From Mobula hypostoma (taxonomy: Eukaryota), in the NCBI RefSeq assembly GCF_963921235.1, contig NC_086114.1, positions 63,798,001-63,862,000 on the forward strand: a DNA stretch of 64,000 nt. The letters run 5' to 3'. This document shows, piece after piece, positions 37,019 to 49,539 of this stretch. Positions within the stretch are counted from its first letter, which is position 1, and each line of letters starts with the position of its first letter. A program made the position numbers and the translations under genes. A model generated the notes under the pieces. The model had not been told where the DNA came from, made no database searches, and was given only the letters and a program-made list of their open reading frames with translations.

Positions 37019-37259
37019 CTTTGGGTGTGCAGCGTTTGAGATCCCGCAGATTGTACAGTTTGTCCGCCAGTTTCACCAGTTTGGCTTCACGGCTGCAGTG
37101 AGGTGCGTGCTGGATCTGAAGCTTCTTCCGTGCCGCCTTCGAAAGTGATTTATCGTCCGTCACCTCAGCAACAATACTCCGAACCTTCTCTCCAAACTTC
37201 TCCTCGATCTCCTCTAGTGTGGTGTCAGTATCCTCAACAGTGTCATGGAGAAGTGCCGC
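37019..37259 (-). CDS. HDDC3: HDDC3 exon 3 (HD motif)
   Basis: AALLHDTVEDTDTT...AKLVKLADKLYNLRDLKRCTPK; 241 nt; catalytic HDxxED motif intact. Confidence 0.97.
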
Positions 37260-37677
37260 CTTGAGGAAGAGCACAAGAAGGTCCTGGCAGCTGAATTATC
37301 TTCAGTCAATGACTAGCAACCCGGTTAGTACATGGTTGGTAACACATGCAGCTCTGATATCAGGTTCAAACACTGTCATTTGTTTATCCTGTGATGTCTT
37401 GCATTATTTTTATTTTATTTAGAGATACAGCACAGTAACAGGCCCTTCCGGCCCAATGAGCCTGCGCCACCTAATTACACCCATCTGATCCTACTTACCC
37501 GTACATTTTGGGATGTGGGAGGAAACCAAAGCACCTGGAGGAATCCATTGTGGTCATGGACAGAACATACAAGCTCCTTACAGGCAGCAGCTGAATTGAT
37601 CCTGGGTCGCTGGTGCTGAAATAGTGCTACACCAGCTGCTAAGGTATCATGATACTGAAGTTTGAGGCAATTGTGAT

Positions 37678-40036
37678 ACATAGAAACATAGAAAATCGGT
37701 GCAGGAGTAGGCCATTTGGCCCTTCGAGCCTGCACCACCATTTATTATGATCATGGCTGATCATCCAACTCAGAACCCCGCCCCAGCCTTCCCTCCATAC
37801 CCCCTGACCCCTGTAGCCACAAGGGCCATATCTAACTCCCTCTTAAACATAGCCAATGAACTGGCCTCAACAGTTTCCTGTGGCAGAGAATTCCACAGAT
37901 TCACCACTCTCTGTGTGAAGAAGTTTTTCCTAATCTCGGTCCTAAAAGGCTTCCCCTCTATCCTCAAACTGTGACCCCTCGTTCTGGACTTCCCCAACAT
38001 CGGGAACAATCTTCCTGCATCCAGCCTGTCCAATCCCTTTAGGATCTTATACGTTTCAATCAGATCCCCCCTCAATCTTCTAAATTCCAACGAGTACAAG
38101 CCCAGTTCATCCAGTCTTTCTTCATATGAAAGTCCTGCCATCCCAGGAATCAATCTGGTGAACCTTCTTTGTACTCCCTCTATGGCAAAGATGTCTTTCC
38201 TCAGATTAGGGGACCAAAACTGCACACAATACTCCAGGTGTGGTCTCACCAAGGCCTTGTACAACTGCAGTAGTACCTCCCTGCTCCTGTACTCGAATCT
38301 TCTCGCTATAAATGCCAGCATACCATTTGCCTTTTTCACCGCCTGCTGTACCTGCATGCCCACTTTCAATGACTGGTGTATAATGACACCCAGGTCTCGT
38401 TGCACCTCCCCTTTTCCTAATCGGCCACCATTCAGATAATAATCTGTTTTCCTATTTTTGCCACCAAAGTGGATAACTTCACATTTATCCACATTAAATT
38501 GCATCTGCCATGAGTTTGCCCACTCACCCAACCTATCCAAGTCACCCTGCATCCTCTTAGCATCCTCCTCACTGCTAACACTGCCACCCAGCTTCGTGTC
38601 ATCCACAAACTTGGAGATGCTGCATTTAATTCCCTCATCCAAGTCATTAATATATATTGTAAACAACTGGGGTCCCAGCACTGAGCCTTGCGGTACCCCA
38701 CTAGTCACCGCCTGCCATTCTGAAAAGGTCCCGTTTATTCCCACTCTTTGCTTCCTGTCTGCTAACCAATTCTCCACCCACACCAATACCTTACCCCCAA
38801 TACTGTGTGCTTTAAGTTTGCACACTAATCTCCTGTGTGGGACCTTGTCAAAAGCCTTTTGAAAATCCAAATATACCACATCCACTGGTTCTCCCCTATC
38901 CACTCTACTAGTTACATCCTCAAAAAATTCTATGAGATTCGTCAGACGTGATTTTCCTTTCACAAATCCATGCTGACTTTGTCCGATCATTTCACTGCTT
39001 TCCAAATGTGCTGTTATCACATCCTTGATAACTGACTCCAGCAGTTTCCCCACCACCGACGTTAGGCTAACCGGTCTATAATTCCCCGGTTTCTCTCTCC
39101 CTCCTTTTTTAAAAAGTGGGGTTACATTAGCCACCCTCCAATCCTCAGGAACTAGTCCAGAATCTAACGAGTTTTGAAAAATTATCACTAATGCATCCAC
39201 TATTTCTTGGGCTACTTCCTTAAGCACTCTAGGATGCAGACCATCTGGCCCTGGGGATTTATCTGCCTTCAATCCCTTCAATTTACCTAACACCACTTCC
39301 CTACTAACATGTATTTCACTCAGTTCCTCCATCTCACTGGACCCTCTGTCCCTTACTATTTCTGGAAGATTATTTATGTCCTCCTTAGTGAAGACAGAAC
39401 CAAAGTAATTATTCAATTAGTCTGCCATATCCTTGCTCCCCATAATCAATTCACCTGTTTCTGTCTGCAGGGGACCTACATTTGTCTTTACCAGTCTTTT
39501 CCTTTTTACATATCTATAAAAACTTTTGCAGTCCGTTTTTATGTTCCCCGCCAGTTTTCTCTCAATCTTTTTTCCCCTTCCTAATTAAGCCCTTTGTCCT
39601 CCTCTGCTGAACTCTGAAATTCTCCCAGTCCTCAGGTGAGCCACTTTCTCTGGCTAATTTGTATGCTACTTCTTTGGAATTGATACTATCCCTAATTTCT
39701 CTTGTCAGCCACGGGTTTATTCTTTTGCCAAATTGGGATGAACAATTGTTGTAGTTCATCCATGCAACCTTTAAATGCTTGCCATTGCATATCCACCGTC
39801 AATCCTTTAAGTGTCATTTGCAGTCTATCTTAGCTAATTCACGTCTCATACCTTCAAAGTTACCCCTCTTTAAGTTCAGAACCTTTGTTTCTGAATTAAC
39901 TATGTCACTCTCCATATTAATGAAGAATTCCACCACATTATGGTCACTCTTACCCAAGGGGCCTCTCACGACAAGATCGCTAATTAACCCTTCCTCATTG
40001 CTCAAAACCCAGTCCAGAATAGCCTGCTCTCTAGTT
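37678..40036 (-). mobile_element. Young 5'-truncated CR1 LINE of the same subfamily, in HDDC3 intron 2
   Basis: The 548-aa RT ORF is almost identical to the 15381-18574 copy (FADD changed to FVDD); same 3' tail. Confidence 0.95.
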
Positions 40037-40349
40037 GACTCTAATTTCCCAGGATTGAGTCTTACAATAAAATGTTACCAAACAACTCAGCACCATGAAA
40101 TAAAGTAGTTTCTACCAAGTTAATCACAAATCTTAAAGGATCTTTAGGCTCAGAGGGGAAGTTTGTGTGGGGCACAACTTGCAAGTGCACAACAGAGCCC
40201 TCTGGAGTGAATGGCCTGTTACTCTGCTTAAATGTCTCTGTAATTTATAAAGGGAGCTGTTTGTCAATGCTGGACAACAGTCCTCCAAAATTCTTTAAGC
40301 AGCCAAGATGGGCTCAGTGGGAGTAAAAAAAGATTTGCAATACATTTAC

Positions 40350-40405
40350 CTGCAAGACGACCACATCTGTAACTCCAGCTTCATGTGACAGGATTCGGGA
40401 AACAC
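40350..40405 (-). CDS. HDDC3: HDDC3 exon 2
   Basis: (G)VSRILSHEAGVTDVVVLQ; 56 nt; AG/GT boundaries. Confidence 0.95.
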
Positions 40406-40589
40406 CTTCAGACAGATAGAAAAATAAATCCCAGCAATCTCACTGGCAGACATTCAAATTACAATCAGAGAGGTGTAAACGTTTAAAAGTATCATTGTAG
40501 AAGACATTTTCTATTCAACCTATGCAGTGTACTTCACACAGAGATTGTGGGTTGGGACTCAGAAAGAGCAATGGTAGCAAGGAACATTC

Positions 40590-41205
40590 AAAAGTTCAAA
40601 ATACATATATTTCACCATACACAACTCTGACATTCATTCTCTTGTGGGTATTTCCAGTAAATACAAGAAACACAAAGAATCAATGAAACACCACACCCAG
40701 AACAAACAACCAACGAGTAAAAGACAACCTTCTGTAAATACAAAAAGAAGGAAAAAAAATAATAAATAAGCAATAAATATTGAGGTAACGAGGTGAAGAG
40801 TCATTAAAAGTGAGAACATAGGTTGTGGGAACAGTTCAGTGTTGGGGTGAGTGAAGTTATACCCTCTGGTTCAAGAGCCTGATGGTTGAGGGGTAATATA
40901 TGTTCTTGAACCTGGTGGTATGGGTCCTGAGGCTCCTGTATCTTCTTCCTGATGGCAGCAGCAAAAAAGTGCATGGCTTGAATAGTGAGGTTCCTTGAAG
41001 ACAGATGCAGTGTTCCATGTAGATGTGCTCAATGGTGGAAAGGGCTTTACCCATGATGGACTGGGCTGTATCCACTACTGTTTGTAAGCTTTTCCATACA
41101 AGGTCATTGGTGCTTCCATACCAGACTGTAATGCACCCAGTCAGTATACTCTCTACCACATATCCATAGGACTTTGTCAACGTTTTAGATAACATGCCGA
41201 ATCTT
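40590..41205 (-). mobile_element. Rex-Babar 3' fragment in HDDC3 intron 1
   Basis: VESILTGCITVWYG...LLPSGRRYRSLRTHTTRF. Confidence 0.75.
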
Positions 41206-43694
41206 TGACATGATCAGTCTGGATGTGTGAAGGAGAAAGAATTGCAAATATGGAGGGCTTCGCGGCTGCCTGTAAGCAAACAAATCTCAAGGCTGTATAA
41301 TTTATACATTCTTTGATAATAAATGTACTTTGAAATCCTTTGATTGGAGAGGTTTTTCAATGAGCTGGGATTCATTTAATGAGATAAATGAGCTAGATTA
41401 ATCTATGTCTGTCTAAGAGACCTGCATTGCCTGGGCTAACACCTCGCCGCCTGGGCTAACATCTCACTGCTTGAAGTAAACATTCTGTATGTACAGTATA
41501 TGACAAATGTATAGGAGGCACAGAAGTGTAGTGGTTAACGTAGAGTTTACGCTTTACAGCACCAGCTGAAAGATTCTGCCGCTCAATGTAAGGAATTTTT
41601 TTCATTCTGCTAGTGATTGCGTGTGTTTCCTCCCATATACGGATTGGTAAGGGTTAAAAATTGTGGTCACGCTCTGTTGGCACAGGAAACATGGTGACAC
41701 TTAAAGGCTGCTCCAGCACATCCTCAGACTCTGTTGGTCATTGACATAAATGACACATTTCACTCTTAAGTTTCTCTGTACAAGTGACAAACAAAGCTAA
41801 CCTTTATCTCTAATCTATACAGTAGGGAAAATTTAACTGCATATCACTTCAGCAAGTCTCCATCTCATCTGCTACAGCTCCAAACACTGTTTTCCAAAAC
41901 ATAAACAAACAATTGGTCCCTCAAGCCTGCTCCACCATTTAATAAGATCTTGGCTGATCTGACTGTAACATCAGCACTGAATTCCACCTACCTTCAGTAA
42001 TCTTTCTTCACCAGGTATTTATCTACCTCAGTCTTAAAATTATGTAAAGACTTTATTTCCATTGCCTTTTGAAGCAGGGAGTTACAAAAACTCACAATCC
42101 CTTAAACACAAGATATTCTGCAGATGCCAGAAATCCAGAGTAACACACAGCAAATAGGGCAGCATCTATGGCAAAGAAAAAACAGTTAACATTTTAGGCC
42201 AAAAATCCTTCATCAAAACTTATCCTCCTGATAGAAAAAGTTTGTGTACCATTTCACAATCACGTGTATTTTTCTGGGAATTTCCCTCAAATTGTCACCC
42301 TCACAGTTCGAGTCTAAAGAGCTAGCAATGACTGTTTTTTCAATCAGGAAAGCTATCACAGTTCTAGCCCAATGCTGTGAAGGTGCTTGACCCAGACACA
42401 TTGTTCCCTCTCTAGCAGGAGTTACTGCTGAGAGCCCCTCAACTTATCACCCCTGTGGCCAAAATAGATCACCTGGCTTTCACTCGCTGGGATCTGCACA
42501 ACTTTACTGCATTCCTATGACACCAACGGCTCTTCTAAAGCAGTTCACTAATGCTACCCTCTTGAGGCAGATTCAAGCTCCTCTTCAAAGAATAATAATG
42601 TGGAAAGGCTACACTCTTTATACTGAGACCCCTTTATCTTTTCAGTTCCCAGTACATTATTTTTAAGAAGAAAAAAAAGAGTATTTCCAGAGAAACTTCA
42701 CTATCTGCTCGCCAACTGATTTTGGCGCACTGTTCTTCATTGGTTAGGACACTGAGTAGAGAAGTTAGGATGTTATAGTGCAAGTGTACAAGATGTTGAT
42801 GAGGCTTGTATTCAGTTTTGGTCACCCTGCTATAGGAAAGATGCCATTAAGCCAGAAAGAATGCAGAAAATACTTACATAGATGTTGCTAGGTCTTGAGG
42901 GATTAGGTCAAAGGACAGGTTGGGATGGCTATTAATTTATTGCTTAGAGCATGGGAGGCTGAGAATGATCTCGGGTGCATACAATTATGAGAGACATAAA
43001 TAGGATGAATGCACACAAACTTTTCCCCAAAGTTGGGGAAGCAAGGGCTGGGCTGTCTCTCTTGTCAAAAAACTCAATCTTTTGGTAAGGCACGACCTGC
43101 CATGCAAAAAGTCATGCTAGCTCTCCCTAATTAAGCTGTGGGTTTTCAAATGCTCGTCTATCCTATCCCTAAGAATTTTCTCCAGCAATTTCCTTAGGGC
43201 TGGGACTTTTTTTCCTTGCTGGGGGATAACTTCAGAGCTTAAAGGAGAAATAGTTAAACGGTACCCAAAATGCATCTTTTATTAAGTGTTAATATTTTTA
43301 ATTTTTATTAGGTGTTGCGTGGCGAGAATCTGGAACGAGCTGCAGAGGAAGTGGTTGAAGCAGGTGCAATTACGTTTAAAAGAAAATTTGAACAAGTATA
43401 CGGCTTAGAAAAAGTTTTAAATGATTTGGGCCTCAATAGCAGATTGCTTTGGCTTGGACGAATTGGGCCTAATGACCTGTTTCCGTGTTGTATAACTCAA
43501 TGACTAGCTCGGAAATCATCGCAGGATTTCCAAACGGGCGCTATGTGCATTTTCATCTCGGGGCCTCGTCTCCGTGTTTGAGGAAGGGGAAGAGGAAATG
43601 AATTGTAGCCACAGTGGGTGAACGACGACTAGAGATTGGATTGGCCGAGAGCCGTGAGTCTGCAAAGGGCCGGAGCCCGCCCCGCTTTCCTTAC

Positions 43695-43806
43695 CCAGGG
43701 GGTGATTGATGTACGGAGTTCGTTCCGGGTCTTTCCGCCGCTGGTTTCTGTGTTTTCTCGCCGCAAAATCGGCGGTATCGAGGATTCGGTGTACGTCCGA
43801 GGCCAT
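43695..43806 (-). CDS. HDDC3: HDDC3/MESH1 exon 1 (ppGpp hydrolase / NADPH phosphatase); alternative in-frame ATG at 43860
   Basis: MASDVHRILDTADFAARKHRNQRRKDPERTPYINHPL(G); 112 nt from the conserved-position Met; donor G|GTAAGG. Confidence 0.95.
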
Positions 43807-43823
43807 GTCGCCCAGCCCAGCGC

Positions 43824-44480
43824 CAGCGATTTGCAGCTCTGCTGCCTTAACTTTATCCATCTTGTCTCACAGTCTGTCTTACATGACTGGCCTTTTGATG
43901 GCGCTCTCCGCCTGTGTTTCTCCGATTTTTCATGATTTAAAGGTTGCTAATTCTTGGTACAATGGTGCAGTGGCACAATTTACAATAAGCTGCCTTCGAT
44001 CCATCAGTAGCTTTTTGGACCCATACAAATGTTTCTCCCCATTTGCTATTGTACTTAACGATTGCTATCGTAAGAAGCTTTCCATTTCTTTGACGACTTG
44101 GCCATGGGTGTTGATAATAAATGATTTATAAAAACCGCCGAAACGTTCAACACAAAACGTTGTTACGTATAGAAAGTACACTTCACGGTGGATTTGTATG
44201 ATTATAAATCACATCCAAACACTTCGGAGGTCCGAGAGAAACTGGACCCGGACGTGACTGTTCCGTGTGGCACCTTCTTGCCCAGACTCTTGGCGGCAGA
44301 AATATTGCCAATTGTACCTGACCAAAAACATTTTTCTTAAAGGAAAATATTTTAGAAAAAGGATGGTATGTAATTTTCGTGCAGATAATTTTAGCATGGG
44401 AAAAAGCCAAATGAATTTTCTGACGCCAACCAAACTGGGGAAAAGCCAGATTTCTGGAATTTGACGCCGAAAAAGCCAAT
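43824..44480 (-). mobile_element. 5' fragment of the same hAT element, inverted, fused to HDDC3 exon 1
   Basis: The reverse complement matches 30262-30699 (7 differences in about 219 nt of the coding block, counted by eye). It extends further into the subterminal TTGGCTTTT repeats, but the terminal TIR bases are missing. Confidence 0.92.
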
Positions 44481-45679
44481 GGGGAGCAAAGAGCCGGTGG
44501 TATCCGCTATCCTGTCCGGTGCAGGGAATCGCAGGGCAGAGCGGCCAGCCTGTCACTCCCGCACCGTCGCTCAGCGCATTTCCTTTCTGTTCCTTAACCG
44601 GAGACGGCAAATTGGGCAGCCGCAAAGCCAAATACTCCCGTCAAGAAGAGTGGTTCTGTTTAAACATAACAGGACCAGGTCTATTCACATGGACTGTTTG
44701 GACAGGTTAGGCTGCTAGCCTGTTTCCGTGCTAAATAATGTTACTGAAACAGGCCGATGTTCCCCCGCGGGAGTAGCTGGCAACGTAGGTGAAGTTATGA
44801 TTTTAAATTGTTCAATTTGTCATGTACATTATGCTTAATTAAGTCTATGTAATTTACCTAGTGTTGCGGCAGCGCAAAGATACTTTTAATTGGCATTTAA
44901 ACCCATACCCAGCGCCTGTGTGCCCATGACTACAAACTTGAAAATTTTTGGATAATGTATCACCTAATCAAAACGTGGATGTGGTGATATTTCTGCAGTG
45001 AGGGTCGTGAATCACTCCAATTCTCCAAAGAGCTGAGAAATCGGGGTGGTTAATTCGAAAAATGCAGATGCTCCACCCTGCAGAGCAGGTAGTGTCTTTG
45101 GAGAGAAACGATATTAATATTTCAAGAACCCTCCTAGGTGAATTCCCATTGCTCTCTCTGATCCTCTACAACTTAAAACATTTCTGACTTTCTAGTTCAG
45201 ATGAAAAGTCAACCTAAAATTTTAACACTCTCCATTTCTGTTGTCTGACCTGCTGAGGATCTCCCACATTCTCTGTTTCAGTGACACACACAATATGCCG
45301 GAGGAATTCAGCAGGTCAGGCGGCATTGGTGGAGAGGGCCAAGACCCTTCATCAAGTCCTGACCTGCTGAGTTCCTGCAGCATTTTGTGTGCCCCACTCT
45401 GGATCCCCAGCATCTCTTGTGTTTATTCTTTTGGAGAGTTGCAGAAGCAGGCAGGGAAACTGAGCTGTGGCCAAGACCAGATTAGGAATGGACTTGCTGA
45501 ATGGCGGGCCAGAGTTAAAGGTTAGCTTTATCACCTGTACATTGAAACATACAGTGAAGTGCGCTGTTTGCCTCAAATCTTGTCAGTGAGGATTGTGCTG
45601 AAGGCAGCTTGCAAGTGTTGCCATGCTTCCTGTGCCAAAATAGGGTGCCCACAACTCTGATCCTGACTGTACATCTTTG

Positions 45680-46232
45680 TGTAATGCACTGTAAGGTTTC
45701 ATTGCTAATGTAATGGTTTCTCTGTAGCAGCAATGTTTGGGTTATGACAAGAGATAACGGGGCTTTGGAATGTGGGCAATCCAATGAGAGGGATGTTGTT
45801 TTTTCTTGTGGGTCTGGGAGCAGGGATTTTGTGGTCTTTTTGCCAGAGAGATGAGAGAAGACGTGAATGGAGAGAGTTGGTAGACCACTGGACGGAGAGG
45901 ACCGGAGTGAGGGTCTGAGGGTCGGCTACACGCGGAGGAGGTCGATGGGGAACCAGTGGACTGAACCATGAGCTCCAACATTGCTCATTGGACTGTTTCA
46001 TGAGAACGGGCCCTTTTCTTTTTTTTTGTTTCTTTACTAACGATATAGTCAAATTAAGACTTATAAAGCTCAATTGTTTAATTGCATACTGTGTACTGTT
46101 TGTTATTTCGGGGTACTGATTTGTAACAGGGAACACATTGCACAGCATCCACCCAAACAAGATTTCTTAAGTTTCACCAGCTTGAGGGCTGTCTTCCCCT
46201 AGATTAAGCCGCTAGCCGAACCGAGAGTTACA
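45680..46232. mobile_element. Probable solo LTR inserted into a SINE
   Basis: TGTAA...TTACA ends; splits the SINE motif catctttg|gaatg; 4-bp TSD with one mismatch (TTTG/TGTG). Confidence 0.65.
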
Positions 46233-47464
46233 TGTGGAATGCAGGAGGAAACTTTTGCTCCTGGAGGAAACCCACCTGGTCAGGGGGAGAGCGTACAAAC
46301 TCCTTACAGATATTAGCGGCAATGGAACCCTGACCCTGATTGGTGATCGCTGGTGCTGTAAAGTGTCGTGTTAACTGTTATGCAATGTACTGCTCCCAAG
46401 CAACTTGAATCTGCTATTTTGTACCTGCAAAGATACTCCATGTGTCAATGCATAACACAAAAAGAAGCATACTAACATTAATATTGACAACCCCAACACA
46501 TCCCATACCTCATTTGCTGCTGAACCCCCATCTGAGCCTCTTCCTCCAAACCTGGCAGCTCCAGCACATTCCTGGCCACCCTGATGAAGGGTCTCGGCCT
46601 GAAACGTCAACTATACCTCTTCCTAGAGATGCCGCCTGGCCTGCTGCATTCACCAGCAACTTTTATGTGTGTTGCTTGAATTTCCAGCATCTGCAGTATT
46701 CCTGTTGCTGGCCACCCTCACCTGTTCTGCACTCCATAAACTGGATATCCGACACCCTAGTGTCCCTGTTCCAACCCACCCGTTCTGTTCAACTACTGCA
46801 AGTCCCATTGCCATCTCCTATACATATTCCACAAATTGGAGGGTCTTGGCCTGAAATGTCAACTGTTTATTCCTCTCCATAGATGCTGCCTGACTTGCTG
46901 AGTTCCTCCAGTATTTTGTGTGTGTTTCTCTGAAATTCCATCTGCAGAAACTCTTTTTCATTAACACTAACCCAACTGTCCATGTGCATTGGGCATGGAA
47001 GAGACTACAGGGACACCTGGACACGAACAGAAACTTGGCTTGGACAGACCCCTCAACATTGTTACCCAGGGGAATACCAACATGGAGGTCACTGGACTGA
47101 CTTGCCCCCATCTGCACAGATTAGGAGCAAATATCCAAACTGCAGTTGCAGCCTCATTCCAACTAAACATGGCTCACTGTCTCACCCAAGCCACAAAAGC
47201 AGCAGGAAGTGTGGGAGCCTGTTGTAGAGGAAAGAATAGTGAGAGTTAGTAACCAGTAAATGGGGATGTGGATTGTGCTAACGTGGTAGACAAAGCCTGG
47301 AAATGGAGACATGGGATGCAGTACTGATGACTTATAAGGCTCAGAGGTTTTGTTCATTTTGCACCCATTCTGTATGAGAAAACTGGATTTACTGTTAGAT
47401 CAGTAGACAATCATTTTATTCTGCAATCAGGATCTAGTCTATTACTAAATTAAGTCTTCCTGTA

Positions 47465-48510
47465 GCCGCATTGTTATCAAAACCCTCAACTGCATCTTCT
47501 CCATTTCCTGCACTTTGGCCCTCACCCCATCCTCCCGCCACCACAACAGGGGTAGAGTTCCCCTTATCCTCACCTACCACCCCACCAGCCTCCGGATCCA
47601 GCACATTATCCTCCGCAACTTCCACCATCTTCAACAGGACCCCACCACTAAGCACATCTTTCCCTCTCCACTTTCCGGAGGGATCAGTCCCTCCGCGACT
47701 CCCTGATCCCCATGGATCTCCCACCCGGCACTTATCCCTGTAAGCACAAGTGCTACACCTGTCCCTACACCTCCTGTCTTGCCACCATTCAGGGCCCCAA
47801 AAAGTCCTTCCAAGTGAGGCAACACTTCACTTGTGAGTCTGTTGGGGTCATCTATTGCATCCGGTGCTCCCGGTGTGGCCTCCTCTACATCGGTGAAACC
47901 CGACGCAGATTGGGGGACCGCTTCGTCGAGCACCTCTGCTCCGTCCGCCAAAACAGACAGGATCTCCCTGTAGCCACCCACTTCAACTCTGCTTCCCACT
48001 CCCATTCGGATATGTCCATACATGGCCTCCTTTACTGCCATGATGAGGCTAAACTCAGGTTGGAGGAGCAACACCTCATATACCATCTAGGTAGTCTCCA
48101 GCCCCTTGGTATGAACAACTTCCGGTAATTCCCTTCCTCTATCCCTATTTCACTCTGCCGCCTCCCCCAGCTGCCTATCACCTCCCTCATGGTTCCGCCT
48201 CCTTCTACTACGCATTGTGTTTTCCCCTGTTCCTTCTTCACCTTTCCTATCACCTCCCTGCTTCCCCTCCCCCACCCCTTTATCTTTCCCCTTTCTGGTT
48301 TTTCACCTGGATCCTACCAGCCTTCTCCTTCCCACCCTCCCCCCACCTTCTTTATAGGGCCTCTGCCCCTTCCCTCTTCAGTCCTGACGAAGGGTTCCGG
48401 CCCGAAACGTTGACTGATCGTTTCCACGGATGCTGCCCGACCTGCTGAGTTCCTCCAGCGTGTTGTGAGTGTTGCTTTGATCCCAGCATCTGCAGAGTAT
48501 TTTGTGTTTG
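47465..48510 (+). mobile_element. Penelope-like element 3' portion (GIY-YIG endonuclease plus pLTR)
   Basis: CYTCPYT...FTCESVGVIYCIRCSRCGLLYIGETRRRL...VATHFN...GMN; pyrimidine-rich UTR and hammerhead motif. Confidence 0.9.
48379..48416 (+). ncRNA. Minimal type I hammerhead ribozyme motif in the Penelope pLTR
   Basis: CAGTC-CTGACGA-AGGGTTCCGGCCC-GAAAC-GTT-GACTG: stem I CAGUC/GACUG, CUGANGA and GAAA cores, palindromic minimal stem III. Confidence 0.7.
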
Positions 48511-49539
48511 TTATCAAAATGTAGTTTTACTTGTCAGATGAGAATGTAAAAGCTGTACCAAATTCATGCTTAGGTACATCAGCTTTGACTGGTCTCCTGT
48601 TGCAGACCAGTTTTTAATAAACCGCCTGGTATTTCAAACACCAACTCCATGTACCTTCCAGTTTGCTCCAGCAGCGTCCGGCGAGCTGCTTACGTGAGAG
48701 AACAGCACAAGACAGTACAACTTTTTTTCTCTAACTCCTCTCTGACAGAACCTGTACAATACGAGCCCACACTGTTGAAGAATTGGTTTTCATTTCAGTT
48801 TATTACACTCACCCGAGAACATTAGCAGAAACATTTCAAGGGGTTTTATTGCAGACGATCTTGCTTACAGGTACGTGCAGGGTGAGGCAGTTGTTCACAG
48901 TGAAAACAGCACACAATATCATTACCCAAAGTCTCCACACCTTATACCCAGCACATTTGTTGCTTTGCCAGTTCAAACTCCCGCCATCTCAATCAGTGCA
49001 ATCATTCCCAGAATAAGGCTGACCCCCACAGATCCATCCTTGTGGGGGCCATCCTTTTGATTGGGTCTGTCCTGACCAGGCACCTGTGACAAAATGTCCG
49101 TCCATTCAACTCGACTATGGCAACTCAGCTGGTCACAACTGAGTGGACAGCTGCTCAAGTGGGGGAATCGGGAAGAAACAGCAGTCACTCGATGATGCCT
49201 TTGTGCATTAGAACTCCTAATCAAGGCTGCCGTGGGTCCAAACGTCTATGGCACACAGGTAGTCCTTCTAATGAGACTTAAATAAAGCTCCATCATTACA
49301 ATCCCATAGTGGTTTTCACTGGTGTCCTGAAATTCTACGCCTTACACAATATCACTAACAAATAGCCTGCTCACTACCATGCTACTGCTGCGGTGGGATC
49401 TCGCTGAATGCAGACTGGTGGTTTTGTTTCCTATAGAACAGCCATGATTAATTTAAAAATCACATGACTGGCCGTAAACCACTTGGGAACATCCCCACGG
49501 GCAAGCAGGTCTCCCTTTCAAGTGTACCCCAAGTGCACG

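Larger units (their letters stand above)
43500..44800 (-). promoter_or_regulatory. HDDC3 CpG-rich promoter region, partly hAT-derived
   Basis: CpGs are retained across exon 1, the hAT fragment and the unique sequence at 44481-44800. Confidence 0.6.

Noticed and set aside
36158-43806. HDDC3 as a horizontally acquired bacterial SpoT-like hydrolase
   Set aside because: MESH1 is a standard metazoan gene, and this copy has normal spliceosomal introns.
30228-44480. Model in which a single staggered-break inversion split one hAT element and separated a formerly head-to-head VPS33B/HDDC3 pair
   Set aside because: It fits the inverted duplication, but the matching TCTCCTAG on both sides of the left element indicates insertion in place. 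Disfavoured pending synteny data.
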